NCBI GenBank assembly: GCA_038886535.1 | Contig: JAVZXS010000003.1 | Location: 50,369-114,368, forward strand | DNA: 64,000 nucleotides | From: Candidatus Micrarchaeia archaeon | Lineage (GTDB): Archaea > Micrarchaeota > Micrarchaeia > CABMEP01 | Direction of reading: 5' to 3' | Shown here: positions 50,103-59,625 of the stretch, in pieces | Numbering within the stretch: position 1 is the first letter of the stretch | Layout of the letters: each line of letters opens with the position of its first letter | Translations under genes and position numbers: made by a program | Notes under the pieces: generated by a model | What the model saw: the letters and a program-made list of their open reading frames with translations, nothing else | Told to the model about the DNA's origin: nothing | Databases searched by the model: none

Positions 50103-51320
50103 CTACTTGCGCTCCTCTGCATATATTTGTGCAATATCACTAATCCTTTTTGGAATCTTTTTTAGAGGCATAGTGCCTAAAAGATTTAGAATAATCTCTC
50201 TTGGCATTATTGTTGCTGCATTTTCTGCAGAATCCCATGCATCTAATACAACTTTACGATATTTGTCTTCAATCTTTTTAAGGAGGTTAGGATCTTTGAG
50301 CTGTTCTTCTAACCTTTTCTTTAATGCGCTAAGTGCTTTTACTGGCCTTTCAAGCATTTCAATTATCTTAGGTTCTGCTTTATTTTCTTGGAAATATTTT
50401 AATTTCTCTTCTTCTCTCTTGAGATTCTGAATAGTTCTTTGTAGTTCCATTTCCATTTCTTTTTTTCTAGACAAAGCAATTTTTTTGATATAATATTCGA
50501 AAATATTTTTGCTTATTTTGTTATTTTCCGAAATGGAAATGTATGAAATGAGTTCATTTTGCAAATACGCATAGTCATAATCTTCTCTTTTCTTCACGAA
50601 ATTGCAATCATAGATTCGAATAACATTAGCAGTATGGGCGTGTTCTATTTCATGCCTTCTTATTTCTTTTGAGATCTTGCTTCTTTTTCCCATAGCAATA
50701 ATTCCATCTAGTTTTTTACTCGTACCTCGCCAGACATGGTATCTTCCAAGTGTTGGAAGAGTCCACTTTCCAAACACAATAGGGTCTAGCTCAAAGAAAA
50801 AGGCATATGGTGTAGCTATAACATCATAGAACTTCTCTACGTTCTTTTTTCCAATTCTCTGCATAAAAATAGTACGGATGAGTTTTTCTTCAATTGATAG
50901 TAGTGATCGACGTTCTTCATTTAATTTGACATAACTTTCAGGCTTCCTTCCAAACGCCCTAATAAAAAGCGTTCTTTTTGGTAAGTCTTTATACTTACGA
51001 ATTTTTTCTCTCACCTTGATAGCTCTACAAATTCGGATTTTAATACACTTTTTTTGATAAGGAGTCAATTCTGGATTCTTCTTTATTATTTCTTCTGCCA
51101 CTGCTTTATACTCTAGTTTTTGATCCAAAGGCGTATTCTCAATTTTTTCTCTATAATCTTGAATTGCCTTTGCAACTCGCAGATATCTTTTTAAGAGTTC
51201 TCTCCTTCTTTCTTTCCAGGTGGCATTTGGCATCTGATTAATAATTTCTTTCAATTTTGTACCAAATGTTTCTTCTCGAAAACGAAATTCATTCAATTCA
51301 TACATGCTAAATTTACACAT
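50103..51320 (-). CDS. Hypothetical basic protein with an HExxH zincin-like motif
   Basis: IRRHEIEHAH...NELISY. Confidence 0.55.
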   Translation of the reverse strand: MCKFSMYELNEFRFREETFGTKLKEIINQMPNATWKERRRELLKRYLRVAKAIQDYREKIENTPLDQKLEYKAVAEEIIKKNPELTPYQKKCIKIRICRAIKVREKIRKYKDLPKRTLFIRAFGRKPESYVKLNEERRSLLSIEEKLIRTIFMQRIGKKNVEKFYDVIATPYAFFFELDPIVFGKWTLPTLGRYHVWRGTSKKLDGIIAMGKRSKISKEIRRHEIEHAHTANVIRIYDCNFVKKREDYDYAYLQNELISYISISENNKISKNIFEYYIKKIALSRKKEMEMELQRTIQNLKREEEKLKYFQENKAEPKIIEMLERPVKALSALKKRLEEQLKDPNLLKKIEDKYRKVVLDAWDSAENAATIMPREIILNLLGTMPLKKIPKRISDIAQIYAEERK

Positions 51321-51370
51321 AACTTATTTATATATTTTTCTATTTTATTTTGCAATTTTTGTAAGTTTAA

Positions 51371-51564
51371 CGATATGGACTTTATGGAAGAAGGCATATG
51401 GTGAGACTGTCTTTTCTGCAACAAGAGAAAATTTGGCTGAGATCTGCAGAGCAGACTCATCTATGTAAAGAAGATGGAAATTAAGATGAAAGCACTTGTC
51501 TATAATTTATGTATTCTAATGACGAAGAAATACTATTTTCTCATCATAGGATTTCTACAAAGCT
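51371..51564 (+). mobile_element. IS5-like DDE transposase C-terminal remnant with right end
   Basis: Across frameshifts: YGRRHMV/ETVFSAT/KRKFG*DLQSR...EIKMKALVYNL...GFLQS; ends in AGGATTTCTACAAAGCT. Confidence 0.75.
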
Positions 51565-51663
51565 TTATTATAGAAAGATTTTTATATTAGTTCTAATTTA
51601 ATTATATTGTTTATTTATTAAATTATATATTCTTTTCTTGTTGCAAAAAGAAGGGGTGATATA

Positions 51664-52152
51664 ATGGAATTCAAAAAACGACAAAGAACAATAAAAACTC
51701 AAAAACATAAAGCAGATATTATTGAAGAAAAACTAATGAAAAGGAAGGATTTTGATGCAGAATATGCTAGATTAGTATTATCTTCAAAAATTATGCCATT
51801 TGAAATCATTAATTTAGTAGATAAGTTAAAAGATGAATTTCAGATACAAAGAGTTATTGACTTAGTTAAATCAATAAGATCAAATTCTATAAAAAGGAAG
51901 ATACTATGGCTATTAGAGGAAAAGTATAAAGACTCAGATGATTATGTTAAGTGTCTATGTGTTTCAAGACTTAAATGGAGTTTAGATGAAAAGAGAACGA
52001 ATTATGATAGATATGTTCCACAAACTTATTATGATCTAGATGAGAAAGAAATAGCAGAACTTTCATTCTATGAAGGAATGGAAAGATCGTTGGAAGAAAC
52101 AATGGAACATAACGATGAAAAAGGACGATTAAGGCTAACTACTTCTGAGTAA
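51664..52152 (+). CDS. Hypothetical protein
   Basis: GGGGTGA SD; 162-aa ORF. Confidence 0.6.
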   Translation: MEFKKRQRTIKTQKHKADIIEEKLMKRKDFDAEYARLVLSSKIMPFEIINLVDKLKDEFQIQRVIDLVKSIRSNSIKRKILWLLEEKYKDSDDYVKCLCVSRLKWSLDEKRTNYDRYVPQTYYDLDEKEIAELSFYEGMERSLEETMEHNDEKGRLRLTTSE

Positions 52153-52185
52153 TTATTTTTTATTTTTTCTATTTAATTTATTTTT

Positions 52186-52761
52186 ATGAGAACATTTGTA
52201 TTATATTCTAGGAAAGGAAGAACTGATCCAAATTTTAATAACCTTATAGATGCAGGCAGGATGGACCTAGTAGCCAGATGTATATCCAATGTCTTATTCC
52301 TTTCAAAATCTCTTAGAAATGATAGAATAATATGTGTTCTTAATGGTCCACCAAGAGGACCTATATCAATTGAATTCAACGGATATTTAAAACCTATTCT
52401 TCCAGATGAGCAGTCAATAGGCAATCTTATTAAAACAGCTTTAAAATACAGAATTACGAACGAATGGAATGAACCTTTTTCCGGAGTAAAAATTGCAAAG
52501 AAATCATTCCAAGATGTGATTAGAGAGCTATCTTCTTTTCCAATTTATATTCTCCATGAAAAAGGAAAAATGATTACCGATGTTGATGTAGAGGACAATC
52601 CTGTTTTTGTTCTCGGTGACAATTTCGGTATACCTAAGAATGATGAGTCGTATGCTTTGAGATTTTCAAAGGAAAAAATTTCTTTAGGTAAAAAAAGTTA
52701 TCTTGCTAGTCAATGTATCACAGCTATAAATTGGTTTTGTGATCTCAAAGGAATATTTTGA
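52186..52761 (+). CDS. trmY: tRNA (pseudouridine54-N1)-methyltransferase (SPOUT)
   Basis: MRTFVL, AGRMDLVARC, PDEQS, FVLGD, ISLGKKSYLASQCI. Confidence 0.88.
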   Translation: MRTFVLYSRKGRTDPNFNNLIDAGRMDLVARCISNVLFLSKSLRNDRIICVLNGPPRGPISIEFNGYLKPILPDEQSIGNLIKTALKYRITNEWNEPFSGVKIAKKSFQDVIRELSSFPIYILHEKGKMITDVDVEDNPVFVLGDNFGIPKNDESYALRFSKEKISLGKKSYLASQCITAINWFCDLKGIF

Positions 52762-52841
52762 TTAAAGGAATTTTTTATACTATTAATGATAGATTTAAAA
52801 TAAAAAGCAACTCTTTAAATCTTTTATTTTAAATAAAATCT

Positions 52842-54170
52842 ATGTATAAACTTCTGCTGTTTGATATAGACGATACAATTTGTGATGCATCAACTGCATA
52901 CAAGCTAGCAAAGAAGGAGTGTTTTAAATATCTGAAGAAGAAATATCCATTAATCAATGAGGAGCTATTTGAAATGGTTTATTCTCAAGCAAGAGAACAA
53001 ATAAACAATGAACTTTATAATACTGCATCTTCGCATGAAAGATTTCTATATTTTCAGCGCATGTTTGAGATATTAGGTTTACCACTCAATCCATCACTTC
53101 TTTATGAAATATCGGAGTTATATTGGAAAGTAACAGTCAAAAACTTGAAATTATTTCCGAATGTCAAAAGAACTCTTAAAATTTTGAAGGAAAATAACAT
53201 GAGAATTGGTATAGTCTCAGATCTTGTTTTAAATGTACAGATAGCAAAATTAAGACGTTTAGGAATAGACAGGTATGTTGATTTTATAGTCACATCTCAG
53301 GAAGCTAATGAGGAGATGCCAAGCAAAAAAATGTTTCTACTAGCAATGAAAAAAGGAGATGCCAAACCTGAGGAAACTATAATCATTGGGGATTCAATAA
53401 ATAAGGATGTAATCGGAGCAAAAAATCTCGGAATAACTTCTGTATGGAAGCCTTACAAAGAAACACAAAAAGAAATAAAGAAAAAAGGAAAGATTGCCGA
53501 TTATGTAGTGAACGATTTTAGTCAGCTTTTAAAAATCATGAAAGTCAAGAAAATGAAATTCAGGAAAGGAAAGATGTTGGCTTTTGATTTGGTAGGAACT
53601 CTTCTCAAAGAAGGGAGCATTGTGAAGAGAGGACTTTATCCGTTAGCTAAAAAGGAAAACCTAAACATTTCTTATCAAGAATTAAAAGATCTGTATGTTA
53701 AATACAGCCTTGGAGAAATTGGTAAAGAGGAATTTAACAAATATGTACCTGAAGAAATTGAAAAGAAATTTCTTGATTCGCTTGAGTTGGAATCTAGCGC
53801 AATAAGCACACTTAATTACCTAACTAGAAAGGGATATAAATTATCAATTCTTTCTAATTTTCCTAAAGAATGGGGAGATTATATTGTTAATAAGTTCAAC
53901 TTTCAAAGATGGTTTTCACCCATTGTATTTAGCGGTGAATACAAGACTAGAAAACCTGATGAAAGATTGTATCTAATTCTGGCGGAAAAGGCAAGAATCA
54001 AACCTGAGAATTACTATTTAATAGATGACAAGCTAGAGAATTTGAAAGAGGCCAGGTTTTTACTTATGAAAACAATACATGTTTCTATCAATGATAATGA
54101 CAAAAAGGACATCTTATTTTTGCCAGATTATAGGATAAAGAAGCTTTCAGATCTGAAGAAGCTATTTTAA
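52842..54170 (+). CDS. Tandem HAD-IA hydrolase fusion
   Basis: FDIDDT...GDSINKDVIGA, and a second unit FDLVGT...LSN...RKPD...IDD. Confidence 0.85.
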   Translation: MYKLLLFDIDDTICDASTAYKLAKKECFKYLKKKYPLINEELFEMVYSQAREQINNELYNTASSHERFLYFQRMFEILGLPLNPSLLYEISELYWKVTVKNLKLFPNVKRTLKILKENNMRIGIVSDLVLNVQIAKLRRLGIDRYVDFIVTSQEANEEMPSKKMFLLAMKKGDAKPEETIIIGDSINKDVIGAKNLGITSVWKPYKETQKEIKKKGKIADYVVNDFSQLLKIMKVKKMKFRKGKMLAFDLVGTLLKEGSIVKRGLYPLAKKENLNISYQELKDLYVKYSLGEIGKEEFNKYVPEEIEKKFLDSLELESSAISTLNYLTRKGYKLSILSNFPKEWGDYIVNKFNFQRWFSPIVFSGEYKTRKPDERLYLILAEKARIKPENYYLIDDKLENLKEARFLLMKTIHVSINDNDKKDILFLPDYRIKKLSDLKKLF

Positions 54171-54256
54171 TTATAAGTATAAACAACTCGTTTAGTTGGT
54201 AGAAAAATCCAACATTTATTAATAGTTCAAGTAAATTATGCATAAGTTTTTATATA

Positions 54257-54295
54257 TTTCTCACATAATCATATTATATATGAAAAAGTGAGAAA
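54257..54295. promoter_or_regulatory. Nested inverted repeat, putative AbiEi operator
   Basis: TTTCTCAC-N4-TCATAT-N3-ATATGA-N4-GTGAGAAA, both dyads centred on 54276, between the TATA and the start codon. Confidence 0.65.
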
Positions 54296-55144
54296 ATGAT
54301 AAATGAAATTAGAATAGAAAGTAGAATCACAGATGAGGAGAAATCAACGCTTACAGCAGCAGAACAACGGTTACTTGCTTATCTAACAAAGGATTCATTA
54401 ATATCTACAAATAGATTAAGAGAAATATACAACTCAAAGAAAATAGCCTCACCTTCTTATTTTAAGATAGTTGTAAGCTCTTTAATAAAGAAAAAATTTT
54501 TTTTGCAGATCAAAAAAGGACTTTATTATGTGACAATGGGAGAAACCTATGATGAATTTCTTCTCGGCCAGTACTTATTTGGAGGATATATTGGATTTTC
54601 AACAGCATTATGGTTGCATGGATTAAAAACAGAAATGCCATCGGTATGTTATGTGGCTGTTTATAAAGGCAAGAAAACAAAGAAAATAGGAAGAATGCTA
54701 TTCAAATCGGTTTCATTGGGAGAAAAGGCAATAGGTGCAGCATATATTGATAAATATCGTGTGTCAACTAAAGCAAAAACATTTTTCGACTGCTTTTTAA
54801 TTCCAAAATATGCGGGAGGATTTCAGCAGATTCTTTATTCCTTATCTGTTGCAGATATGACTGCAAATGATTGGAATGAATTTTTGGATTACATTAAGAA
54901 GTTTGGTTCGTCATCAATGGTACAAAGAGCAGGGTATGTTTTCTCAATTTTAAGAAGAATAAATGCAAAAAAAGTGCCTAATTTTTTAATAAGCGAATTA
55001 AAAAAAGAATTAGGGAGGAAAGGAGCCGTAATAACCACTTTAGATCCCACAATCAAAGCAAAAGGAAGGTTTGTTAGCGAATGGAAAATTTATGATAACG
55101 TAGGTGAAAAAATATTTGGAAGTTTGGTGTCTTTGGAGGCGTGA
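54296..55144 (+). CDS. AbiEi-family antitoxin (type IV TA)
   Basis: wHTH ..LIKKKFFLQIKKGLY; GYIGFSTALWLHGL; VSTKAKTFFDC; QRAGY. Confidence 0.8.
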   Translation: MINEIRIESRITDEEKSTLTAAEQRLLAYLTKDSLISTNRLREIYNSKKIASPSYFKIVVSSLIKKKFFLQIKKGLYYVTMGETYDEFLLGQYLFGGYIGFSTALWLHGLKTEMPSVCYVAVYKGKKTKKIGRMLFKSVSLGEKAIGAAYIDKYRVSTKAKTFFDCFLIPKYAGGFQQILYSLSVADMTANDWNEFLDYIKKFGSSSMVQRAGYVFSILRRINAKKVPNFLISELKKELGRKGAVITTLDPTIKAKGRFVSEWKIYDNVGEKIFGSLVSLEA

Positions 55145-55147
55145 ATT

Positions 55148-55936
55148 ATGAAAATAGATAAAACAACATTAGACAACATTACAAAAATTTCTTCTAAATC
55201 CGGATTGTCATTACGCAATCTAGAGAAGGAATTGCAATTATTCGGATTTATACCAAAATTATTTCATCTTTTTGAAGAAAATAAAATTCCTGCAGTTTTG
55301 TACGGCGGAACAGCTTTGAATAAGGGATTTTTTAAGGAGAAGCAAAGGTTTTCAAAAGATCTTGATATCGACTTGCCTGCAAGAAATTTTAGAAATTATT
55401 GCAATAAAACAGACCTCCTTTTGCAGCAGTTAAAAGAATACAGAGTGGAAAAAACATATTTTGGAGAAGACGCATGTGTTTGGAATATTTGGTATGGAAA
55501 TAATCCTTGGGAATCGTTAATCATAGAAATAAGAAAACAGCCAATAAAAGACAAGGCACAAAAGATTGAATTGCATTCCATATTAGAGTTCTTAGGTTTG
55601 CCAATACTCCCAATATATGTTCCATCCTATCCGCTTGAGCATCTTTTAGCAAGAAAGATAATTGCATTGAGCAGAAGAGCGATAGGCAAGGATATCTATG
55701 ATACTTATTTAGGATTAAAGTTGAATCCCGACAGGAAAAAAATCTTAATGATTATTAAAAAAATTACAAAAAAAGATCCAATTTTAATTTTGAATGAAGC
55801 TATCTATTGGTTAGATGAGGTTAATCTGAAAAGTCCTGACATTACAGAGCTTCAGGATACTGTACCTATCTCATACAGAGAGGATATAAGAAGCATGATA
55901 AACTCGGTGAGGTATGAGTTAAACAGATTCTTATGA
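55148..55936 (+). CDS. AbiEii-family nucleotidyltransferase toxin (type IV TA)
   Basis: LEKE, YGGTALN, RFSKDLDID, LARKIIAL, KDIYD. Confidence 0.88.
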   Translation: MKIDKTTLDNITKISSKSGLSLRNLEKELQLFGFIPKLFHLFEENKIPAVLYGGTALNKGFFKEKQRFSKDLDIDLPARNFRNYCNKTDLLLQQLKEYRVEKTYFGEDACVWNIWYGNNPWESLIIEIRKQPIKDKAQKIELHSILEFLGLPILPIYVPSYPLEHLLARKIIALSRRAIGKDIYDTYLGLKLNPDRKKILMIIKKITKKDPILILNEAIYWLDEVNLKSPDITELQDTVPISYREDIRSMINSVRYELNRFL

Positions 55937-56132
55937 AAGATTGAGTGATCTTATAAAAATAGAAATATATTTGGAAATGATTTGAAGTCCTAAGGAAGTG
56001 GAAATTATATGAAAGAAAAATCAGATCAAGTATCGCGTGCATACAAAAGAAGATTTTATCTTATCGTGGGGCGTGGTGACTGATATTAAAAATTATATGA
56101 GCATGCTCTTATTTGAAAAAAGTTGGAATAAT

Positions 56133-56635
56133 ATGGAAAAAAAGATTAAAACAAAAAATTTTGTGTTGAGACCTATAGGAATTAATGATGCGAAGAATAT
56201 ATACTTGTTTCAGCAGGATGCAGAAGCAAAGAAAAACCTAGCTTGGATTCCAGACAGTATAGAGCGAGTAAAGAAGGACATTATTGCAGAATTAAAGAAA
56301 AAATACAGGGAAACGCTGGTAATAGATGTAGAAGGGCAAGCAGTTGGGGGGATTACTCTTTCCATGATAATTCCCAACCACAAGGGGAATTGGGGTTCTG
56401 GATAGCCAAAGAATACAGAGGAAAAGGAATAATGACAAATGCCGTGAAGCTTGCTACGGATTACTGGTTCAAAAGGTACAGACTAAAGCAAATTTATGCC
56501 AATACAAGAAAATGGAACAAGCCATCTGCAAGAGTGCTAGAAAAGGCAGGATTCAAATTTGAAGGTTTGATAATAAAGGATGTAATGAAAGATGGAAAGT
56601 ATTATGATAACCTGCTATTTGCAAAGATAAAATAG
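56133..56635 (+). pseudogene. RimJ/RimL GNAT acetyltransferase split by a 1-nt deletion in a G run
   Basis: KIKTKNFVLRPI...AVGGITL...NHK / GELGFWIAKEYRGKGIMT...NKPSARVLEKAGF; G4 at 56384-56387 where G5 would restore the frame. Confidence 0.8.
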
Positions 56636-56745
56636 TTGTTATAAAATAAACAATATGCAATGATAAGAAATATAGGCAAACAAACACAAGATAAAATTAA
56701 AATATCGGAATTGAAATAGGAAAGTCAGCCCATACAGAATTCAGG

Positions 56746-56913
56746 ATGAAGGACGGAGATTTTAATGAAACAGATGACGGCGTCTATTTAGGCCAGGTAA
56801 AGGCAAAAAATGAGGAAGAGGCGTTTGAAAAGATAAAAAGGCTTGAATGGAACAAGGGAAGGGAATTTGACGTAGTGATGATAATTGAGGTTAAGAAAAA
56901 GTATTATTTTTAG
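56746..56913 (+). CDS. Small hypothetical protein, possibly 5'-truncated
   Basis: MKDGDFNETDDGVYLGQVKAKNEEEAFEKIK...; the frame is open further upstream. Confidence 0.4.
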   Translation: MKDGDFNETDDGVYLGQVKAKNEEEAFEKIKRLEWNKGREFDVVMIIEVKKKYYF

Positions 56914-56960
56914 ATACTGGTGATGTGTAGATTTTTAAATATTTTTTACGTTAACTGATC

Positions 56961-58745
56961 ATGGCTGAAGAATTTACTAAAGAAATTCTAGAAAAAAAGA
57001 AGAAATACTTTATAAGAATAGTTAAAGAAACCTCTAAAAAATTAGGAATACCTACACCGTATATAAATTTTAATGGATGTCCAGCTGAGGGTGAAAACCA
57101 ATTAGCGCATTTTCACCCCGACAATTACACCATATGTGTTTCTGAGCGCCAATTAATGAAGCAAACATTTGATGATATTTTTAATACTGCTTCGCATGAA
57201 GTCAATCATGTTTTTAATTATTCACATGATGATCGATTTTATCAAGAACATAATAAATTAAAAACTAAGATATGGAATCCAAGAAGAGAAATTGAAATAT
57301 ATAATTCGTTTTATAAAAATTCTAAGAAAAGAAAAAGAAAAACAAAATTGAAAAATGAATGCCGATATCACAATTGTAAGGAAACAGAATCATTAACAAA
57401 ATGTAAATATTGTAGAGAACAGTTTTGTAAGGAACATATAGAACCGAGATTGGTGGAGTTGCCAAATTTCAGATCTGGATTAATTTCTGATGATTGGAGA
57501 GATGAAGGAGGGCATCCTTGTTTTCCCTATACGAATTATAGGTATCAGCTAAAAAAAGAAGAGGATAGAAAATACAATGAAGCACTGGACAAATTTTTGA
57601 ATAAATCAAAGTCAATCCAATCGATACCTGTTTATCCCTATAGAGCATCAAATGCCGAAGAAAATAGTTTTATAAAACTAAAAAGTGAAATTGTGTCATT
57701 ATTTTCTAAAAGAAATATAATACTAATTATTATGCTAGTTTTAATACTTACAATTCTTATTCTTCAATTCAACCAAAATTTCAATAGTATTTTTTATCCA
57801 TTTATCGGAAAGAACTGTAGCGCCACTTTAAAATCCGGTGAATGTTGGAAAAACAACCAACCATGGTATTGTGATGATGGAAAACTAATCGAGAGATCAG
57901 ATATCTGTGGTTGTCCTTCATTATTAAGACCATATAATTTTAGTTGTATTATAAAATATGAATGTGAGGATGGAACCTTAGATCCAGATTGTTCTAAAAA
58001 TAAGCCTTATCAGTGTGTTAAAGGTCAACTTATAAAAAATCCTTTGTTATGTGGGTGTCCAGAAAATCATTTGTTTGATAATATCACAAACACATGCAAG
58101 AAGATAGAAATATGTAGCGATGGAACATTGTATGACCAATGTTCTCCTAACAAGCCATTGTTTTGTGATAATGGAGATCTTATTCCAAAAGCTTCTTTAT
58201 GTAATTGCTCAAATCCATATTATTTTGCAATAGATGATTATTGCATTGATATTAGAAATCCAAATGAAATATATATTCGATATTTAGAACAAAAGATACA
58301 TGAAAGTATTAATAGACAAAGAAACTTTTATGGTTTGGCTAATTTAACGCTAGATCCAAAGCTAAGCGAAATTGCTAGATTACATAGCAAGGATATGGCA
58401 ACTTACAACTATTTTGATCACATAAATTTAAAAGGATTAGATCCGACTCAAAGAGGTAATCAATTAGGATATACTTGTTATAAAAACTACGGAAACTATT
58501 ACACTATAGGTTTGGGTGAAAATATATTTATGATACATACATACAAAACTATATGGTATACAAATGGTATTGAAACTAGTAGAGATTGGTATGCTCCTGA
58601 TGAAATAGTATTTGAAGTCGTTAATGGCTGGATGAAAAGTACCGGACATAGACAAAATATTTTAGAAAGTAGATATGATAAGGAAGGAATAGGAGTATGG
58701 ATTAGTGAAGATGGTCGAGTTTATGTAACTGAAGATTTTTGCTAA
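56961..58745 (+). CDS. Multidomain membrane protein: zincin HExxH, AN1-type Zn finger, TM, three Cys repeats, CAP/SCP domain
   Basis: SHEVNHVFNYSHDDRF; CRYHNC..CKYCREQFCKEH; TM IILIIMLVLILTILIL; ARLHSKDMA..YFDH, GENI, GWMKSTGHRQNIL. Confidence 0.85.
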   Translation: MAEEFTKEILEKKKKYFIRIVKETSKKLGIPTPYINFNGCPAEGENQLAHFHPDNYTICVSERQLMKQTFDDIFNTASHEVNHVFNYSHDDRFYQEHNKLKTKIWNPRREIEIYNSFYKNSKKRKRKTKLKNECRYHNCKETESLTKCKYCREQFCKEHIEPRLVELPNFRSGLISDDWRDEGGHPCFPYTNYRYQLKKEEDRKYNEALDKFLNKSKSIQSIPVYPYRASNAEENSFIKLKSEIVSLFSKRNIILIIMLVLILTILILQFNQNFNSIFYPFIGKNCSATLKSGECWKNNQPWYCDDGKLIERSDICGCPSLLRPYNFSCIIKYECEDGTLDPDCSKNKPYQCVKGQLIKNPLLCGCPENHLFDNITNTCKKIEICSDGTLYDQCSPNKPLFCDNGDLIPKASLCNCSNPYYFAIDDYCIDIRNPNEIYIRYLEQKIHESINRQRNFYGLANLTLDPKLSEIARLHSKDMATYNYFDHINLKGLDPTQRGNQLGYTCYKNYGNYYTIGLGENIFMIHTYKTIWYTNGIETSRDWYAPDEIVFEVVNGWMKSTGHRQNILESRYDKEGIGVWISEDGRVYVTEDFC

Positions 58746-58762
58746 ATTACTTTAATTAGATC

Positions 58763-58948
58763 TTATCCTAATTTATAGAGCAATGCACCAACAGCTATGC
58801 AAATTATTCCAGGAAACCATCCTAAAGAAAATAGAAGGGTACCTGCGATCAGTCCTTGAATACCAAAAAAAGAGATAATAATAGGTCCAAAGAAAAATAT
58901 GATTCCAATTATTAGAAGAATAATCCCTAATATTTGAAGTAAACCCAT
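58763..58948 (-). CDS. Small two-TM membrane protein
   Basis: 61-aa hydrophobic ORF with a GGTG SD. Confidence 0.55.
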   Translation of the reverse strand: MGLLQILGIILLIIGIIFFFGPIIISFFGIQGLIAGTLLFSLGWFPGIICIAVGALLYKLG

Positions 58949-59044
58949 TATGACACCATATATTATTTAATTTGAAATTTTGATAAATGTACCAATAGCT
59001 CTTTAATTAATAAGAATTTAAAAGTTATCTTTGTTATTATATGC

Positions 59045-59572
59045 ATGGATAATAATGAAATTTCATGGCAAAATTTAGAAGAAAGAAGTAAACAATCAAC
59101 TCAAATTTTTAATAGAAAAGAAAGTGCTATTTTATCTGAAATAAAGGATTATAACCCAGTGCATCTTACTTTTGCTCAAAGGAAAAAAATGAATGAAGTA
59201 TTTAAAAAAATATCAAAAGAGAGATTTTCGAAGATAGGAATAATTGATCAGTTTATTATTGTACGAAAGAATTACACTTGGAGCTGGGTCGAAGGTGTTA
59301 TTGATTTTTCAGATCAAAAACCAAAGATGATTGTAAGGACAGGATTATCCAGTTTAGCATGGATATTTGCAATCTTAATTCTTACCTTAAACAGTCTCGA
59401 ATACTTAAGCATGATCTTTTACTGCTTTTTAATTCCAAATAATAAAGGAATATGTTTTGAATTTTTAGGGATGTTGATTATTCCTTTTTCACCGATTGCA
59501 TATCACTTTGGAAGGAAGAATATTAATTTAAGTACAATGCGAGATGAACTCAATTCGTATGTAAATGTTTGA
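59045..59572 (+). CDS. Hypothetical membrane protein
   Basis: Two C-terminal hydrophobic segments. Confidence 0.55.
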   Translation: MDNNEISWQNLEERSKQSTQIFNRKESAILSEIKDYNPVHLTFAQRKKMNEVFKKISKERFSKIGIIDQFIIVRKNYTWSWVEGVIDFSDQKPKMIVRTGLSSLAWIFAILILTLNSLEYLSMIFYCFLIPNNKGICFEFLGMLIIPFSPIAYHFGRKNINLSTMRDELNSYVNV

Positions 59573-59625
59573 ACCAATCGTTGTTATTCATTCGGCATTC
59601 ATAGTTCAAGCTATAAGGTGATTAG

